From assembly GCA_964019425.1 (NCBI GenBank), contig OZ025790.1, forward strand, positions 372,001-436,000: 64,000 nt of DNA, read 5' to 3'. The stretch comes from Flectonema sp. DT1601. Taxonomy: Eukaryota. The notes under the pieces were generated by a model, which did not search any database, had not been told where the DNA came from, and saw only the letters and a program-made list of their open reading frames with translations. Below are positions 60,033-64,000 of this stretch, piece after piece; the stretch's first letter is position 1; each line of letters begins with the position of its first letter. The translations under genes were made by a program, and so were the position numbers.

Positions 60033-62501
60033 TACGGTAAATGATCAATTTACCTTACTCGTATTGTTGTTGTTGGTTTGCGTACGCACCATGAAAAGTG
60101 TATTTCGTTAAATTGATAACTTTGTAAGTTCGTTTGTCAATAAAAGTGCGAATTTAATTTAAAAAAAAAAAAAAAAAAAATTATAATAATAACCACACAC
60201 TAGACTTTTGCTTTTTTTTTCTTTTTTTAAAAAAAAAAAGTGCAGTTTTCAAGACAAGAAAAAAAAAAAAGTCAGAACAGGGCTTTTTATCCTATTTTAA
60301 TTCATCACTTGAAAACAATTAATGTACCTTTTTTTTTGCTTCCTGGTGTCTTGGGCGGAATGTTACCTCCTGGAGTCACTTCATCACGATGAGGCAAAAA
60401 GATCAATTGGAAATAAAGATTTGATGAAAGCGAGTATCCTAAACAACGAATGAGCAAAATATAACAATACAACTTGTGCAGCTCAAATTACAATGATGAG
60501 TGTTTCTGTATCACATTGGTTTTTTCTTGCTTTGTATTTTCTTTGGTTGATTTTTTTTTTTTTGCCTCAATTTCTCCAACCTCTTCGTTTTTACACTTAA
60601 CTTTTTTTTCGCGGGAGTTTTTGTGTGTACACATGCTTCTGTTATTTTTTTCCGTCCCCCCTTCCCCATGTTCATTATCTCAGGTTATTTTGATTCAAAT
60701 TTATGAGTTTTTTTTAAAACCGAAAGTGATGAAAAAAAAGCCTGACTTAATTGTGCTTGTGTATTACGTACTTTTATTTTCTTTTGCACCATTGTTCACG
60801 TAGCAATGATTTGGTTTGTTGCCAGCTTTTTTATGAGCTGCATCGACCTTAGACCTCAACACTAGACCTTGCCCGGTTGGACTAGCTTTTTTAAAGCTTG
60901 GTTTCTTATCTTGGGATGAAATAAAATAACAAAAAAACAAAAAAAATAAAAAAAAATAAGTGGAAAGCACCAGGAGATTGTGGTCCTGTGCCACACATGC
61001 ATTTTAAAAAAATAAATTTGAAAAAAAAAAAAAAAAAGGAACTTGGTGCTTCTCCACCTCTCCCCCTTCACCCTTATGCAACCCTTAGAATTCATGTGTG
61101 TTTATCACGCGACGGAGTTGTTCTTTCAGAGCTACACCTACATTGGTATGTGGTGGCAAAGAGTCACCCCAGTTATTATTTGTTTGCCTTGTCAGCAGCA
61201 AGTTGAAACTGAATTGCCGTTTATTTCTTTCTTTCTTTCTCATTGAACCTCAGGAAAGCTTTTTCCGTTTCTTATTTCCTTTTTCTAAAACTAAAATCCC
61301 GGGCGGTCACGTCACGCCGGCAACAGTATTTCTATTTTGGGATAATTTTTGTTGCCAGGGGAAAAAAAAAAAAAAAAGAAAAAAAAACATAATAAAACGA
61401 TCTGTGACGGTCTTGTCTTGCTTGAGACATGTGGATGAGACTTGATTTCTGTTTCCCTTGAAATTTGAATCAAATCTGAGGTTCTACATTTCCCACATGA
61501 CAAAAAGTTTCTTGAGCCCACAGTACCGCGTCATCAAAAAAAAAAAAAAAAGTCTCTTCTGTCACGTTGAGCTGTCCAATTACAAGTTTTATTATTTCGT
61601 TAGTAGGTACGTCTTCTTTCTTCTTCTTCTTTTTTGTCTCAGTTTGTTATTTTCGTTCTGGTATTACATAGGTGGTACTGTGGGCTCAAAAAAAAAAAAA
61701 AATAATAATAATAAAAAAAAGCATTTCCTCCTCCTCCCGTACATTCTTTTATTTCAGCTTCTCATTTAAGTTCCGAATGCCCAATCAAAATGGCAACTTA
61801 ATTCTCCTTTCCATTTAAAAAGCGAAATCTCAGTTCTTTACCCTATGGCCTTCTCCTGGCTTGTTCTTCGTGAACAGTATTAGTGCTGGTGATGTAGTTT
61901 TCTTTTTGTGTTAGTCGTTAAAGGTTTTCTGTTGTCTCCGTCGAAAGGCTTTATGAACAACAGTAGTTGTAAAGTTTATGTGAAATAACTTTTTTTGTCG
62001 TTTCCACTTCCCCCTCCCTTTTATTTTATTTTCTCTTTTGTTGTGTTTTTCGATCGTCTTTTCCCCCCCCCTTTTCTTTTTGTTTTATTTTCTCTCTTTT
62101 GTGTGTTTCCTCTCCGATCGTTTTTTCTTCTTTTGGATGTAAAAATAAGTTTATAGAAATGACTTACTTCAAGGTAGCCTTCATCACCGGCAATTAGTTG
62201 GTTTTTGAAGATTTAAGTTGTTGTTGTGATGTCATTCAGATATTCTTCTTTTTTTTTCCTTTCCCCCTTGTGTTCTTTTCTCTATTTATTATTGATATGA
62301 TTACTTTTTATATTTATTTTCTCTAAAGAGCTACAGGTGTGTAATGGAGTGAACAACAACTTCGACAGCAGCCTCCTCCCCCTCAGTAAATGATATGAGG
62401 AGTGTAGGTTATTGAGATATAAGACTTGTTGTATTCTTGTACTCTGGTAGCTGTAGTGTTAACTTGTGTCTGTTTTGATTGTTATAATACATTTTAATTA
62501 G

Positions 62502-64000
<1,499 letters not shown>

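Noticed and set aside
59500..62500. Short ORFs in the AT-rich intergenic region
   Set aside because: Homopolymer-derived low-complexity translations.

Overview
Eukaryotic DNA, probably a euglenozoan or other trans-splicing protist (inferred from intronless same-strand genes with upstream polypyrimidine-AG sites and a cruzipain-like protease). Bases 1-45,000 are an AT-rich repeat mosaic: a ~100/120-bp palindrome-rich satellite, two 1.3-1.5 kb tandem repeat families, an apparently intact Sola-like DNA transposon, a deleted piggyBac and two MITE families. Bases 45,800-64,000 hold genes: a DUF1769-like protein, a double SDR, two papain-family cysteine proteases and a hypothetical protein. Main discovery: a 7.0-kb APE-RT non-LTR retrotransposon sits at the identical nucleotide of the conserved GCNGGL motif in two different protease paralogs, and the complete copy has a 20-bp target duplication. 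Its ORF1 is fused in frame to the host prepro-protease, and ORF2 ends in three unusual Cys/His repeats. The duplicated AG|GT plus a branch-point-like 3' end could allow exact splicing that restores the host gene. Second discovery: two repeat families share a 27-nt covarying stem-loop 24-25 nt from a fixed end. All counts were made by eye, and repeat boundaries are approximate.
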